A stretch of 64,000 nucleotides of DNA from Octopus bimaculoides (taxonomy: Eukaryota), in assembly GCF_001194135.2 (NCBI RefSeq), contig NC_068984.1, positions 56,645,740 through 56,709,739 on the forward strand, written 5' to 3'. Position numbers and translations under genes: made by a program. This document shows positions 13,129 to 27,400 of this stretch, one piece after another (position 1 is the stretch's first letter; every line of letters starts with the position of its first letter). Below the pieces are notes generated by a model, which had not been told where the DNA came from, ran no database searches, and saw only the letters and a list, made by a program, of their open reading frames with translations.

Positions 13129-14959
13129 TATACATATATATATATATTGTAATAACAGCCTAATATGCTAGATATAATTGTTGCTACAAAAATTCCTTGT
13201 TGTCATATTAGTTACACTGATTGATTTTTCACTGATATATGTACAAAAACAATGACTATTTATACAATATTTGAAATGCTTGCTGTCCATAATGTTCAGT
13301 TTCTTATAAATAATGATATGCAAATGGATTAAAACCTTTCTGCCTAGTGTAAAATGTTATTAAAAGTGAACCAAATTGTTATTTCTTTTATTCATGATAT
13401 TTAAATATATTTACTGAAACTATTATCTTTGTCTTTGGACATGCAAATAGCAAGCTTCAAAGAAATTCATTTTACACAGTAATTTAGTTATTTGGAATGT
13501 TTCTGTAATGCTTTGATATTATTCCAACATTATTCATATTATTCCAATTATTCTTTCTCTGCATCTATAAGAATCACAGCTGGCTGAGTCATTTAGATAT
13601 TGCTTTGTGAGTCAAAAGTTCAACAGTTCATATACTGTCTTTGTACTGTGTCCCTTACAAAATTATCTAGTCCACCTAGCTGCAAACTAGGCACGTAGGA
13701 ACAAAAAGTTCACCAGTGCAAGCAATAGGAATAATATAACACTGACAATTTTTCTTTTTTTTTACAATTAGTTGAGTAAGAAGACCTGTACTGTATCACT
13801 TTATGGTACTTATTTATAGCTAGTCAGGAAGATTATATGCAAATATGTTCTAGAGTTTGGAGAAGGTAATGTGAAAATCACTCTGGTTAATCTTTTCTGA
13901 ATTCATTATATGATGTCTTCAGTAATATGTCAATGACCCCATGGTCATTACCACTAATAAATACTTGTATTACTGGAAATGAAAGAACCTCTATGTGATT
14001 GCATGTCTTCCTAGAAGTAGCAGCCAAATATCCCTCAAATCAAACCTCCTCATCTTAAGGGAAAAAATGTATACTGTAGTATTAGATGGGATAGTCATGG
14101 TTAGTATGCTTCTGCTCAATCAAGGACTTGCAGAACTGACCTTAGGGCTGTTAGAGCCCTGGGTAAACAGATTTTTGGCACCCTAAATTTTCGAAGTAAA
14201 ACTGCAAAATGTAGGAATAAAGAGTTTATTTACAATTTACAAAATATAGGAATAAAAAAGCGTTTATTTTATTTATCATTTTTATTTTTCCCATTTATTT
14301 TGAAAACCCCCAAACATATGATGCTCCCAAGCACATGATACTCCGGGCAACTGCCCGTGTTCTCAATTCGTCCAGTAGCTCCTGCTGACCTGGAGTGAAA
14401 CAAGAACTACTGAAAACTTAATACTACTTAAATAACTAATTTCAAATGACATTCCCTTTCTGATTGTGTTAGCTAAGTGTACAAAGACAGTTAATTAAAT
14501 ATAATTGTTCAAAGCTTGCTAGTCTTAAATCATTTATATAATTAATAGATATTTTATAAATATTTGTACCTTGAAAAGATTTGTCATCTATTTAAACTTT
14601 GTTGAAATTTGAATTCTGAACCTTAAGCAGCTAATTCCCATGTTAAGCATCCACTGCCAATCTTTATGCAAGTAATCTAATCAACGTCTCTATACTCACA
14701 TTGAGATGGAAATGATAGTACAGCACTACTTCAGCTACTGTTATAATGACTTAAATCTTTACCAGGAAATCTATAATAAATTATAGATTGTTATAAATCA
14801 CATAGAAACTAATACTCAAGTTGCATTTTGTTATTTGGGAATAAAATAACCAATGTTTTTCTTTCACACAAAATCGTAGTTCTTGTTGAAAAAACTAATA
14901 AAGAAAATGTGAAAATATTACATTCAGTTCTACTAGGCCATTATATTTAAATATCTCAA

Positions 14960-15187
14960 GGAATTTTACCCCAGTATTTTTTTTAAAGCCTGGTACTTAT
15001 TCTATCAGTCTTTTTTGTTGAACTACTAAGTTATGGAGACATAAACAAACCAATACTAGTTATCAAGTAGTTGTGTGTTGGGGGATGAACACACACACTC
15101 ACATATGAATACCAAATTCATTGACATGGTGTCACACAGTGGGATGAACCCAGAACCATATGGATGGGAAGCAAGCTTCTTACCATG
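14960..15187 (-). mobile_element. SINE family 1 copy, internally deleted and 5'-truncated
   Basis: Matches the fuller copies at 43613-43982 and 47080-47465 but lacks their central ~90 bp. Confidence 0.75.
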
Positions 15188-16619
15188 ATAGGAACATTTT
15201 AATTCTGTAACTATATTTGATAAAATAGGTAGTTGGAGAAAAAATAATTGACAGATGCAATAGGAATCAATGATTATGTCATAGCAGTATAACTAAAGAC
15301 TGATGATAGTAGCAAACAAATAAAGAAGTGAATGAATAACTAACCAACATAATGCTGCTGAAACATAATACTTTTTGATTAAACACATCAATTCAGATCA
15401 AATCTCTTGGCAAAAATATACAAGAAATATACTGGATTTGATTATCTTTGGTGCCAAGCTTCATATTGTTTGCAAATCTGAGTTTTACTTCTTATATGGA
15501 AAGTGAATTTATTATAGGTGAAGCAGTTGTATGCTACTAAAACTATAATTGAATCAACAATATTACACATTCAGTTCTACTCATGTTAAAATTATATACT
15601 TATTGTACTAGTTTCAAATTATTTAGGAAACTTCAACGCATATACTCACAGAAGAGAAAATTATGTAAAACTTGACACACAGCCAATTTCAGCATTAACC
15701 TTTTCTCGAGTCACTCAACATTAAATGTCTTGGTTCAAGAAACTTGGATTATCTGTGATAACTCTGACACACCATACCTATTGGTCAACTTTCTCACACG
15801 CTCTAAATCAGTGTTGTCTATATAGTATCTTTGGTGATTTTTACCTTATAATTCCTCTTTTATTTTGTTTTATTGTATTAACTCTACCTATCAACCTATC
15901 ATAATTTGACCATTTTATTTCTTTTAGGAATGTGTGCATTCAAGTGAGTGTGTGATTGTGTATCTGCATATCCATGTATATAAATGTTTAGCTGTGTATG
16001 TATGTATGTATGTACACACACACACACACATACATGCACAGCTAAATACATACATACATACATTCCATTGCATATAGAAGGGAAGTGGTTACGATGAAGA
16101 AATTTTAGAGAATGATTGATAAGGAGCAAAATAATTTGGAGTAAGTTAGGGAGGGAACTTTCAGTTGGAGTGGATATATTTCCCTATTTTTAATATCTAG
16201 GTGAATTAAATGGATAGTACTGATATAGATGCCACATCTGGTTTTGGAGTGTGTATAGAATCTACAGAGTAAGTGAAATTAGTGGTGGAAGCATAATAAG
16301 GAATTTGTGCATTTGTAAAGCTGTGTAGTTTGGGTATTAGAGTAGATTCACATGTTTGAAAATATTATCTGAGAATTGTCTCATTAATAATAATTTCTCC
16401 TCCTCATTCTCATCATCATTGTTGTTTTATCATCTGATTTTCCATATCTGCATAGGACAAGCAAAATTCATTGAGGCAAATTTTCTATGGCTTAATGTTC
16501 TTCCTGTCACCAAGCAAGGTAATATTTCTTCTCATTCTTCATATATGAACAGCCATATAAGATTGCGCAAAAGGATGCAAATAAGCAATATTACTTGGGT
16601 GATCTGATCAAGTTTAGAG

Positions 16620-16817
16620 TTAGCACATGATGACAAACATGGTAAGAAGCTTGCTTCCCATCCACATGGTTCTGGGTTCATCCCACTATGTGGCACCATG
16701 TCAATGGATTTAGTATTCATATGTGAGTGTGTGTGTTCACCCCCCAACACACAACTGCTTGATAACTAGTATTTGTTTGTTTATGTCTCCATAACTTAGC
16801 ACATGATGACAAACATG
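16620..16817 (+). repeat. Inverted duplicate of 15027-15187 flanked by a 22-bp direct repeat
   Basis: 16638-16799 is the reverse complement of 15027-15187 (about 10 mismatches); ttagcacatgatgacaaacatg occurs at 16620-16641 and 16796-16817. Confidence 0.9.
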
Positions 16818-18369
16818 ATGACAAACAGACAGTTAAGAAGCTTATTTTCAGTTTTTGTCTAACAAATTCACCCATTAGGCTTTGCTCAGATCAGGGCTAT
16901 AGCAGACATCACTTACCCAAAGCATCATGCTTTAGGACAGAACCCAAAAGCATGTAGCTGCAAAGCAACATTCTTAAGCACACAACTATGACTGCAAATA
17001 ATGATAATAATTATTATTTTTAACCTAGAACCAGAGTGAGGGTAAATCTGAACTTGAGAAATTTGAAAAGGTTGATGCTTCTAATTATATGTAACTTTAG
17101 CTGGGAGTCAGTTGTCTCAGACGTGTAATTTTGTAAACTTGCTGTTACTTGCATTTGCTGTGAAAACAATCATAAAAAAAAAGTTGTGCTTCATGATTCT
17201 GTTTCAGTGATGGGCCATCCACACAAGATGCTGTACTGTGATTCAAGTCTCTAACTACATTTTAACAGGCTTCTACTGGGCATATTTTTTAAATCTATAT
17301 CCTTTAGTAGGTAGCGAGCATTGGCATATTCTGGTTAAGTGAATGTTGTATACTATAACAGCTGAAAGATTTCTTTGTTAAACATTTTGACTGTTTTATA
17401 GTTTTGTAGTGGGGTAGGGACTGTTAGTATATCAAAAGCACTGTCTTTATAATGGCTGGACATGTCCAGCTGGAATGCTGAATGTTTGGAGACAATAGTT
17501 GTAAGAATGAAGTTTCTTCTTTTTCTTTTAAGTTGTACATAAAGATATATATCTTCTGTTATGAATATACTTGTAAAATACACTAAGAAGTATAAATATT
17601 GACATTAAAATAAACATCAGAAAAATGAAAGGAACTAATTAGAAATCATTAGACGTACATTCATAAGATGTATAAGAATTTTTTCTTTCTTTCATTGTCA
17701 GCAACATGGAACACAGGTCACATTGTTGTGAGCTGAGATACTAGAATATCCATGAGCCCTCATGTGCCTCATTTGATACATTTTTAAGGCAACGGGATGT
17801 GATTTGAGGGAGATTTGGCTGCTATTTCAAGCAGATCAAATGGCTATGTAGAGGCTCCATCACTGTGGTCACAAAGAAAGGTAACTGCATATATCTAATA
17901 AATATTTTGTTGCCTTGGAGAAATTGCTATTATGTAAAAGACTGAAATGATCAACTTCTTCAAACATCTCAAATAGTTGATTTATGTGTAGCAGAAATAA
18001 CTTATTCTCTGATAGAAACAATTATTCTCCATTCAAATCATTGTTTCAATAATCTCTTTGAACGAATAGGATCCAGAAGAGAGTGAGGGAGAGAGAAACA
18101 AAGGCATGTTGAAAATAATAGTTTAACATGAAAATTTAAGCTAGAATGCAATGGAACTGTGTTTAGAAACAGAGGTACAGTGAATTATATTGTACAACTG
18201 ATTAATTCCATGAGAATATCATAATGCTAGAAGGATGTAATTATTATTGGTGATATCTTTCACAATAGTAATCTACAGATCGATCTAAGCTAAACTCTAC
18301 AAGGTAATGAAATACTTATTAGTTATACAGTTATTTTATTGAGTGACTAACGATGGAATATTTATGTGT

Positions 18370-18555
18370 TTGTTCAACGAGTTTGAAGTAGTTGCCAAAT
18401 CTCCCTCATATCACCTCTATCATTTTAAAAAAGATGATAGATAGATAGATTTAACTATGGTTACTTAACACTTGAGAAAGGATAGCATTGTCATAACTGG
18501 AATGTATTTGATCATAGGCTTCACTTGATCAAAGCTAACCTGAGACTAAATAACA
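18370..18555 (-). repeat. Short dispersed repeat family 3 (other copies at about 3600-3745, 10240-10430, 13975-14140, 17790-17860, 45800-46010, 47625-47765, 61745-61975)
   Basis: Shared motifs gatttgagggagatttggctgctatttc.agc and atgatcaaagg..ttccagcc.tgaccatcc recur on both strands. Confidence 0.65.
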
Positions 18556-19204
18556 ACATGATTCCAACAGTTGTCATCTCCATACATTCAATTACAATCA
18601 GATGGACTAAACCAACAAAATTTGTCTCTTACCTGTTATATAGTGCAGTGTTACTGACCAGTGTCATATTCTGATGCAGGATATGAACTTTGGCTTATAT
18701 AGGCTATCACTCTAATGATTTACCATTGCTTTTATCTCTCTACAAATATATTTAGTTGGGAAATGCGTGTGCATGCTTATGTGAATTTAAAGAATACTGC
18801 TGGAAGTAAATATTTAAAGGCTGATTCATAATTTCCAAATTGCTGTTTAGATGCTGTCAAGACATAATGAAAGTAAAAGTCATCATGTTACAATAGCAGT
18901 TTCCTTGTGAATTCTGCCAATGAGTTGAAAAGACATGCATTATAAAGGTAAACAGGAAATTCTTAACAAAGTAGCTTCAAGTTTAAATAAATAGACATTA
19001 CTATTTCATTATATTATTCTAGTTTTAACACAAAATTGCAGAGTACATGTCTATATCTGTACAACACATTCATATTCACACATAGATGAACCTTTGTGTA
19101 CATAGAAATACACATACATATATATATTTCACCTATATGCATGTGTTTGTGCTTGAGAAAGAGAGGATTTATTTGTTTATAGGCATGATGATATATGTAC
19201 ACAC

Positions 19205-20296
<1,092 letters not shown>

Positions 20297-20624
20297 GTTG
20301 TTGTCTTTTTAAGGAACAGGATTATTAGGAGGAGTGGATTCCCAGTTCCTTCACTCACACCCTTTTTCTTAAGTCACACAGGGAATACAGTGACTGCATT
20401 CTACCAGTGACCCCACCCCACCAGTCCCAGTGGAGTTTGCTAGATAACCCATAGTTGGGCCCCTTACAAGTGCTACCACTCTGGGCCAGAGTAGACCTGG
20501 GAACAATAGTGGCTAAGAGGTGGTTCCACACTCCTCAAACCCTGAAACCAGGGCTGCAGGGTCCCACTACCGGATGTAGTTTAGAGTCATACCCAAGTAT
20601 AGATGGGAGTACAGAGGAATGCCT

Positions 20625-22010
20625 AAAGAAAGGAATGACAGTGATTGAGTGGTTAGTGAGGCTTATGTTTGTTATATGGCTGGAAGAGTACCAAAGAACT
20701 GGTGCAGTGCCTGTATAATGCCATTGTACAAGGGGAAAGGAGATAAATGTGTGGGGAAATGTTAAGGGTATAAGTTTGTTATGTGTGGTTGGTAAACTGT
20801 ATAGGAGAATTCTGATTGTAAGGATGAGGAACCAGACAGAGAATGTACTAGGGGAAGAGCAGTGCAGTTTTAAGAGTGGAAGGGGGAGTGCAGATCAGTA
20901 AGGCAGATGTGTGAGAAGATTTTGGCAAAAGGGAGGGATGTATATTGGACCTTTATGGACCTAGAGAAGGTATATGACTGTGTGGATAGGGATGCAATGT
21001 GGCAGGTGTTGTGGTTGTATGGAGTGGATGATAGATTGTTGAGAGCTGTACAAAGTTTCTATAGGGAAAGTAGGGCATGCGTTAGGGTAGGCGAAGTAAA
21101 TGAGGGGTTTGATGTGAAGTTGGGAGTCAAGACAGGGGTGTGTGATGTCTCCATGGCTGTTTAATCTATATATGGATGGTGTGGTGAGAGAGATGAATGC
21201 TAGAACCTTTGGTAGGGGAACCAAAATGGTGGGAGAAAATGGAGAGAAATGGCTGGTGAGTCAGTTGTTTGCTGATGATACTGCACTTGTGGTAGATTTG
21301 GAAGAGCAACTGAGGAGACTAGTGGTGGAGTTTGGAAGAGTGTATGAGAGGAGGAAACTGAAAGTGAATGTAGCTAAGAGTAAGGTGATGAGATGTTCAA
21401 GAGATGGAATGGCTGGTAGGATGAATGTGAGTATAAATGGTGATATGTTAGAGGAGGTGAGTGTTTTTAAGTATCTGGGATCACATGTGATGGCAGGTGG
21501 TGGGGTTGGCTAAGGAAGTGAAATATAGGGTGAGTGAGAGGAGTAAGATATTTAGAGTTGTGAAAGGTATACTGAGAGATAAAAGGTTGTAAAAAGAGGT
21601 GTGTATGAAGGCCTGATTGTGCCGACAATGTTATATGGTGCAGACACATGGGGTCTGAGAGAGGTGGAAAGGAGGTGGCTAGATGAGTTTGAGATGAAAT
21701 ATTTGAGGGCTATGGTTGGTGTGACACAGATGGACAGGATGAGGAATAAGGAGATGCGAAGGCAAACAAGAATGAGAGAAAATCTATGTACCAGAATGGA
21801 TAGATGAATGTTGAGGTGGTTTGGTTGTATGGAGAGGTTGGATGAGGAGCAGATGGTAAGGAGGGTGATGAAGGCAGAAGTGGTGGACAGCAGAAGCAGA
21901 GGCAGACCTCGGTTTGTGTGGATGGATGGAATGAGGAAAGTTTTGGTGGTTAGAGGTGTTGGAATGAAAGGCAAGAGAGTTTATTAATGATAGGAAAGCT
22001 TGGAGAGTGT
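20625..22010 (+). pseudogene. RTE/BovB-like LINE reverse transcriptase, decayed
   Basis: Frameshifted segments ..PLYKGKGDK.., FMDLEKVYDCVDR, GV.QGCVMSPWLFNLYMDGV, LFADDTALV (catalytic ADD), FKYLGS, VPTMLYGADTW, ..GRPRFVWMD. Confidence 0.92.
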
Positions 22011-22229
22011 TTGTGGATGGCTGAGTGAATTGGTATTACTCAAAGGGGTACGGAACCAGCATGATGTAATGGGGATAAACCAGCATATACTGTTGGGCCC
22101 CACTACTGATATCACTACTTTCTATGCCTTGACCTGAGCATAGGACAGGGCTCGCCTCTTTGAGCTGAGAAATGAATGGAATGCCTGGTGTGTGTCTTGT
22201 GGCTTTGGTAAATAAAAAGAATATATATG

Positions 22230-22338
22230 TGTGTTTGAGGGTTATGGTTGGTGTGACAAGATGAGGAATGAGGAGGTGCGAAGGCAAGCAAGAATGAGAG
22301 AAAATCTATGTACCAGAATGGATAGATGAATGTTGAGG
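22230..22338 (+). repeat. Partial direct duplicate of RTE segment 21705-21815
   Basis: gcgaaggcaa.caagaatgagagaaaatctatgtaccagaatggatagatgaatgttgagg is present twice, including the same in-frame stop. Confidence 0.8.
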
Positions 22339-23454
22339 TACATATATATATATATATATATATANNNNNNNNNNNNNNNNNNNNNNNNNNNNNNNNNNNN
22401 NNNNNNNNNNNNNNNNNNNNNNNNNNNNNNNNNNNNTGTGTGTGTGTGTGTGTGTGTATTTCATGATTTTGTTTGTATTATAAAGTCTATATAACAAATA
22501 CCAGCATTGTAATATGTAATATTACTTGCTGCTTGAATAATTCAACATTGTAATTAATTTTAATACAATTACTCTTTGTTAACAGGAGTGAGACTTTGAT
22601 AGTTGATTGGAAATTTATGAAAATTTTCAAATTATTTGTTTCAAACATTAAGAGAAACTTCATTCACTGATATTTCAAGTAAAACACCCACCACTTTTTT
22701 CTCAAAGACCTCTTTTTTTTTTTTTTCGAAAGCATTTAAAATTTATAATGTGATAAAACATGAATAATTTCTTCATATGTTGGAAAATCTGGTTATTGTA
22801 TTAGTCAATGTAATTTTGTGTTCTAATTAGTGATTGGCTGGGGTAAAATATATAGGTAACAGAAAGTGGATATAAGATAGGGTAACAAGTAATTAAAATT
22901 CAGCAAATTCAGAAGAGCAGCCACCACCACCACCACCACCATATCATTATCATCATCACCACTTTTCATGCTGGCATGGGTTGGATGGGTTGTCATGGTC
23001 AGAGTCCACACATATTTATAAAGTAGTGCTCACCTACCTAAACCTCATCTTTTTTTTTTTTTTGGTTTGATTTCTATGGCTTTTTTAACATCGACCACTT
23101 AACAGAATGACATAGGTACTTTTTTTGTGTCACCAGAGGAGTGTCCTGTATTTGAAACAATGAACCCCGTACTGGGTACATTTTTTATGACATTGTATTA
23201 ATATTGGTATGTAGCTTCTGATTACATCTGGCACTTTTATTGTATGCAAGTAGTCCATATCTTAATAATTATCTTTTAAACTTTATCAAATTCACACTTA
23301 CTCATTTTCTTGCTAGAAAAATCAAAAGAAGGGAAAAAGTGCTTTTTTTAGGGTTTGTAGGTTTCAGTAAGGCCTGTTGCTTTGCTTACCTTAATTACTC
23401 TACCCTCCCAGTTTGTGATTTTTCTTAATCCCTTTTACTTTTTTCATCTATCAG

Positions 23455-23574
23455 GAAAGAAGGCCAAGACAATGCTGCTTACCATTTATAGGGCTTTTAA
23501 CACTGGCAGGAGGGAGAGAGGAAGGTATCCTCAAACTGAAGACCTTGCTTGCAGTAGAGTGGATTCTGCTAAAG
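23455..23574 (+). other. Candidate host exon (120 nt)
   Basis: Long polypyrimidine tract ending TATCAG at 23454; donors AAG|GTATCC (23524) or AAG|GTACCC (23574); two frames open; no homology recognised. Confidence 0.15.
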
Positions 23575-25278
23575 GTACCCAAAGTGTCAGGCGGTGCTGT
23601 TAAATAGGATGTTGAATTAAGATTTCCACCAAGTAGGCCATGATAGGATTTGAACTCAGAAAGCAAAGCACTGAAACAAATACTGCAAGGCATCTGATCC
23701 AATGTTATTACAGTTCTACCAATCCACCAAGGCACTCCTGACTCAGCTCACATATCATGTATATTATGGATTTATCTCATCCTGAGGCCTACACTAACCA
23801 TTATGCCCAGTCCTTTCTTCCTCGAATATCAACCCTCTGGAATTCAATCCCTTCACATGTTTTCCCATCAGCTGTCATCTTGTAACATTAATAGCATCAA
23901 TCTCACTGGTCTTGGAGGCTCTACAAAGGCCAATGTCACACCTTTCACCTGACCACTGAAGGTCAAAAAGAAATATGCTTTTCCAATTTGTGTAAAAACA
24001 TTTTAAGTAAAACAGGAACTGTATTTATTTAGTTCTTTTTCTAGGTATCAATATTGATCTGGCAATTTTGTATTTGATAAATTATATATAAAGACTGCAA
24101 TTCTGAATCTGTCTTGAGGTGGTGAATATCAACCAATGACTAATATATGAAGTCAAATATGATCTCATGAATAAATATTTATTTATTTATTGACATCTGG
24201 CACACCTAAGTTTTAGTGTTAGTTTTGTCAGATGTTTACATGTCTGGTTCAGCAATATTCTAGGCAACTAATTTCTTTGTCTTTTAAAGTGAATGTGCCA
24301 TGCTTTGATAAATTATTTGCACATTTTTTGAAAATATATATAATCGTGTTTCTTCATGAATAATCCAGACTAATATTCAGAAATAATTTATTTCTCTCTA
24401 CACAAACATGATTTTTAAAAAAAACTTTGTGATTTTTCGTTTTTAATGTACTGAAAGTCAGTGGTAATATGATATAAGTGAAAGAAGAAATATATTTTTC
24501 TTGTGCCTTAAATAAATATGCATGAGCTGGGGAAAACCTTCTTATTTTATCTATTAAAAATAGAATGATGGAGAGAAAAAAAGTTCAATCTTTCATCTGT
24601 CAAAAGACATAAACTCAGTCACCCTATTACATATAAACTGGTGCATAAAAAATTATTGCAGCAAATGCAGTATGGCCTATGCAACTACTGTAAATATTGT
24701 TTTAAATATTCTTCTATTCTCAGTAGCTGGATGTAATCTATATTACATGTACTCTGCTACAGCGTAGAATTGGAGTAAGTTGTTTAGGTTATTTTGTATA
24801 AGCAAGGGCTCAACTCTCTATTGCAAAGTAACAAGCTCTAACAGAAGATATATTTATTTGCTCAAGGCTTGTATAAAATAGGGAAATCATGAAACCACAT
24901 GGGACATACTAGTTGTAAAACTTCTGATGGTTATCTATTTTGCTCTGTGTGTGTGTATATGTATGTATATATGCATGTGTGTGTGTGTGTGTGTTTATAT
25001 ATATATATATATGTACATATATGTGTGTATATATATAATATTTGTATATGTTTTTGTATGTATACGTATATATATGTATGTATACAAATATATATATTTG
25101 TATGTATATGTCTTTATATATATATGTATGTATGTATATGTACATATATATATATATATATATANNNNNNNNNNNNNNNNNNNNNNNNNNNNNNNNNNNN
25201 NNNNNNNNNNNNNNNNNNNNNNNNNNNNNNNNNNNNNNNNNNNNNNNNNNNNNNNNNNNNNNNNNNNNNNNNNNNNNN

Positions 25279-26518
25279 GGTCACCCCATAAATAATGCGC
25301 TTTTTCATTTGCATGAACTAAAAGACAGAGGGGGATATGATAAACTACCTGCATCAGCTTGCTATAAAAGCAAGTAGTAATTTTACCTTGTTCTTATTCT
25401 TAGTGCAAGTTTTGAAGAATGTAGTTCGATTTTAGGTTATATTTTCAAAGCTATAATGGAAATGACAAAGTATATTCGACATATTTTGCTTTATGAGTTC
25501 AATAAAGGCACCAGCGCAACAGAAAGTGTGAGGAATATTAATGCAGTATATGGGGATCGGACAATAAATGTAAGCCAGTGTCAACAGTGTAGACAAGCCT
25601 CATCCTGGAAAATCTGTAGAGCTCGACAAGGACGTCCTGCAAACCCTGGTGGAACAAAATCCCATCGTAACTGTTGAGGAACTAGCAGAGAAGCTTGGAT
25701 TTGGTCATTCAATCATTCATCAACACCTGCATGACATCGGAAAAGTCAGCAAATTGAGTCTATGGGTTCCTCACAAACTTTCCGAGTCTAATCACATGCA
25801 GAGAGTGAATGTGTGCTCTTCTTTGCTGTCATGTCTCATGAATGAACCTTTTTTGGACCGAAAGTGACTGGTGATGAGAAATGGGTTCTCTATAAAAATG
25901 TCAAGTGTCGAAGACAGTGGGTAGGGAAAGGAGAAACACTGGAACCCCAAGCTAAAGAAGGTCTCTACCCACATAAGGAGTTGTTATCTGTTTAGTGGGA
26001 TATGAAAGGTTTAGTTCACTTTGAACTTTTAAACCCAAACCAAACGATAAGAAAGGAGATCTACTGTGAGCAGCTTGAGTGGCTTAAGTCAGTGTTAGAA
26101 GGAAAATGACCATCTTTGGTTTCAAAATGAAAGGTGTTCTTCTATCAGGATAATGCTTTGCCACATACAGCGAGGATGACATATGAAAGGCTGGAGCAGT
26201 TTGAATGGGAAACGATGCCCCACCCACCATATTTGCTGGACATTATTCCCTCTGCTTATCATTTATTCTGCAGTCTTCAAAATCTTGTGGATGGAAAAAA
26301 TATGTATTTTGTAGACGAGATCAGAACAGTACTGGAGGAGCATTTTTTATTACAGACATGTGAATTTTGGAAGAGAGGCCTTATAAGTCTACCAGATAGA
26401 TGGAAGAGCATTGTAGAAAATGAAGGAGAGTATATTTTAGATTACGAAAGGACTTTGTTTATCTTAATTTTTAAAAAATAAAATAAGTATAAAAAAAACG
26501 CATTATGGGATGACCCAA
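25279..26518 (+). mobile_element. Mariner (Mos1-like DD34D) element, near full length, transposase pseudogene
   Basis: Segments MEMTKYIRHILLYEF.., LWVPHKLSE, VTGDEKWVLY, YQDNALPH..HPPYLLDIIPS(A)YHLF with 34-residue spacing and the third Asp mutated to Ala; TIR-like ends ggtcaccccataa..tgcgcttttt / aaaaaacgcattatgggatgaccc in TA repeats. Confidence 0.9.
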
Positions 26519-26552
26519 TATATATATTGATATTTGTATATATAAATGTATA

Positions 26553-26669
<117 letters not shown>

Positions 26670-26829
26670 ATATATGTATATATATATATTGATATTGATA
26701 TTGGTATTTGTGTATATATATATATATAATATATTGATCAATGTATTATTAATGTGGTGCTCGTGTGGAGATGGGGTGTGTGGTGTCATATGTATAATTT
26801 TTTCGGGGGTGTATGTATATATAGCTGTG

Positions 26830-27400
26830 TTTGGTGGTCTGTTTTCTTTCTGTAAAGGATAAAGTCACGGAGGAAGGCTTATGCTAGTGTGTGGTGTGTA
26901 ATGTGTGTGTGTTGGGTCTGTGTATGTGTGAAGGGGTATGTGTTGTGGAGTGTCCGCCTTATAAGGGTGTGCATGTGTGTACATCGGTACCTTGGTGTGT
27001 GCTTTGGTCAGACTTTTTTTGCCGGGCTCAAGAGCATTGGTGGAAGGTCATTTGAAGAAGGTCGAGGCAGTCATGTTGGGATTGGACAGGTATGATATAA
27101 TGTACTTCCTTTCATGTGTGCAAAGATTAAACACCTCACTCCTGCAATTTGGGTGTTGGGTACCTTTTAAAATTGCTCTCTTCTCAGCCAGTCATAATCT
27201 GCACTTCCTGCAGCTATTGAAATATGGCTTACATCTTTCTAAGATTGTCCACTTTATGATGTAATCCATAGCATTTCCTTTCAAAGACCAGACGTGCTTG
27301 GTTAAGATTGTAGCATCATGTCTCTCTGGGATGCTGAATGAGGAATTGTGGTTATTAAAGTGGGTTCTATAGAGGTCTTCCATTGCTCCCTCGGTTGTCC
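26830..27400 (-). mobile_element. Penelope-like element fragment (GIY-YIG endonuclease C-terminal region and 3' flank)
   Basis: ATILTKHVWSLKGNAMDYIIKWTILERCKPYFNSCRKCRL*LAEK..RSEVFNLCTH matches the Penelope T.L..HVW.LK..WSIL..CKPY..C.LC..EK..RSE...C.H pattern. Confidence 0.8.
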
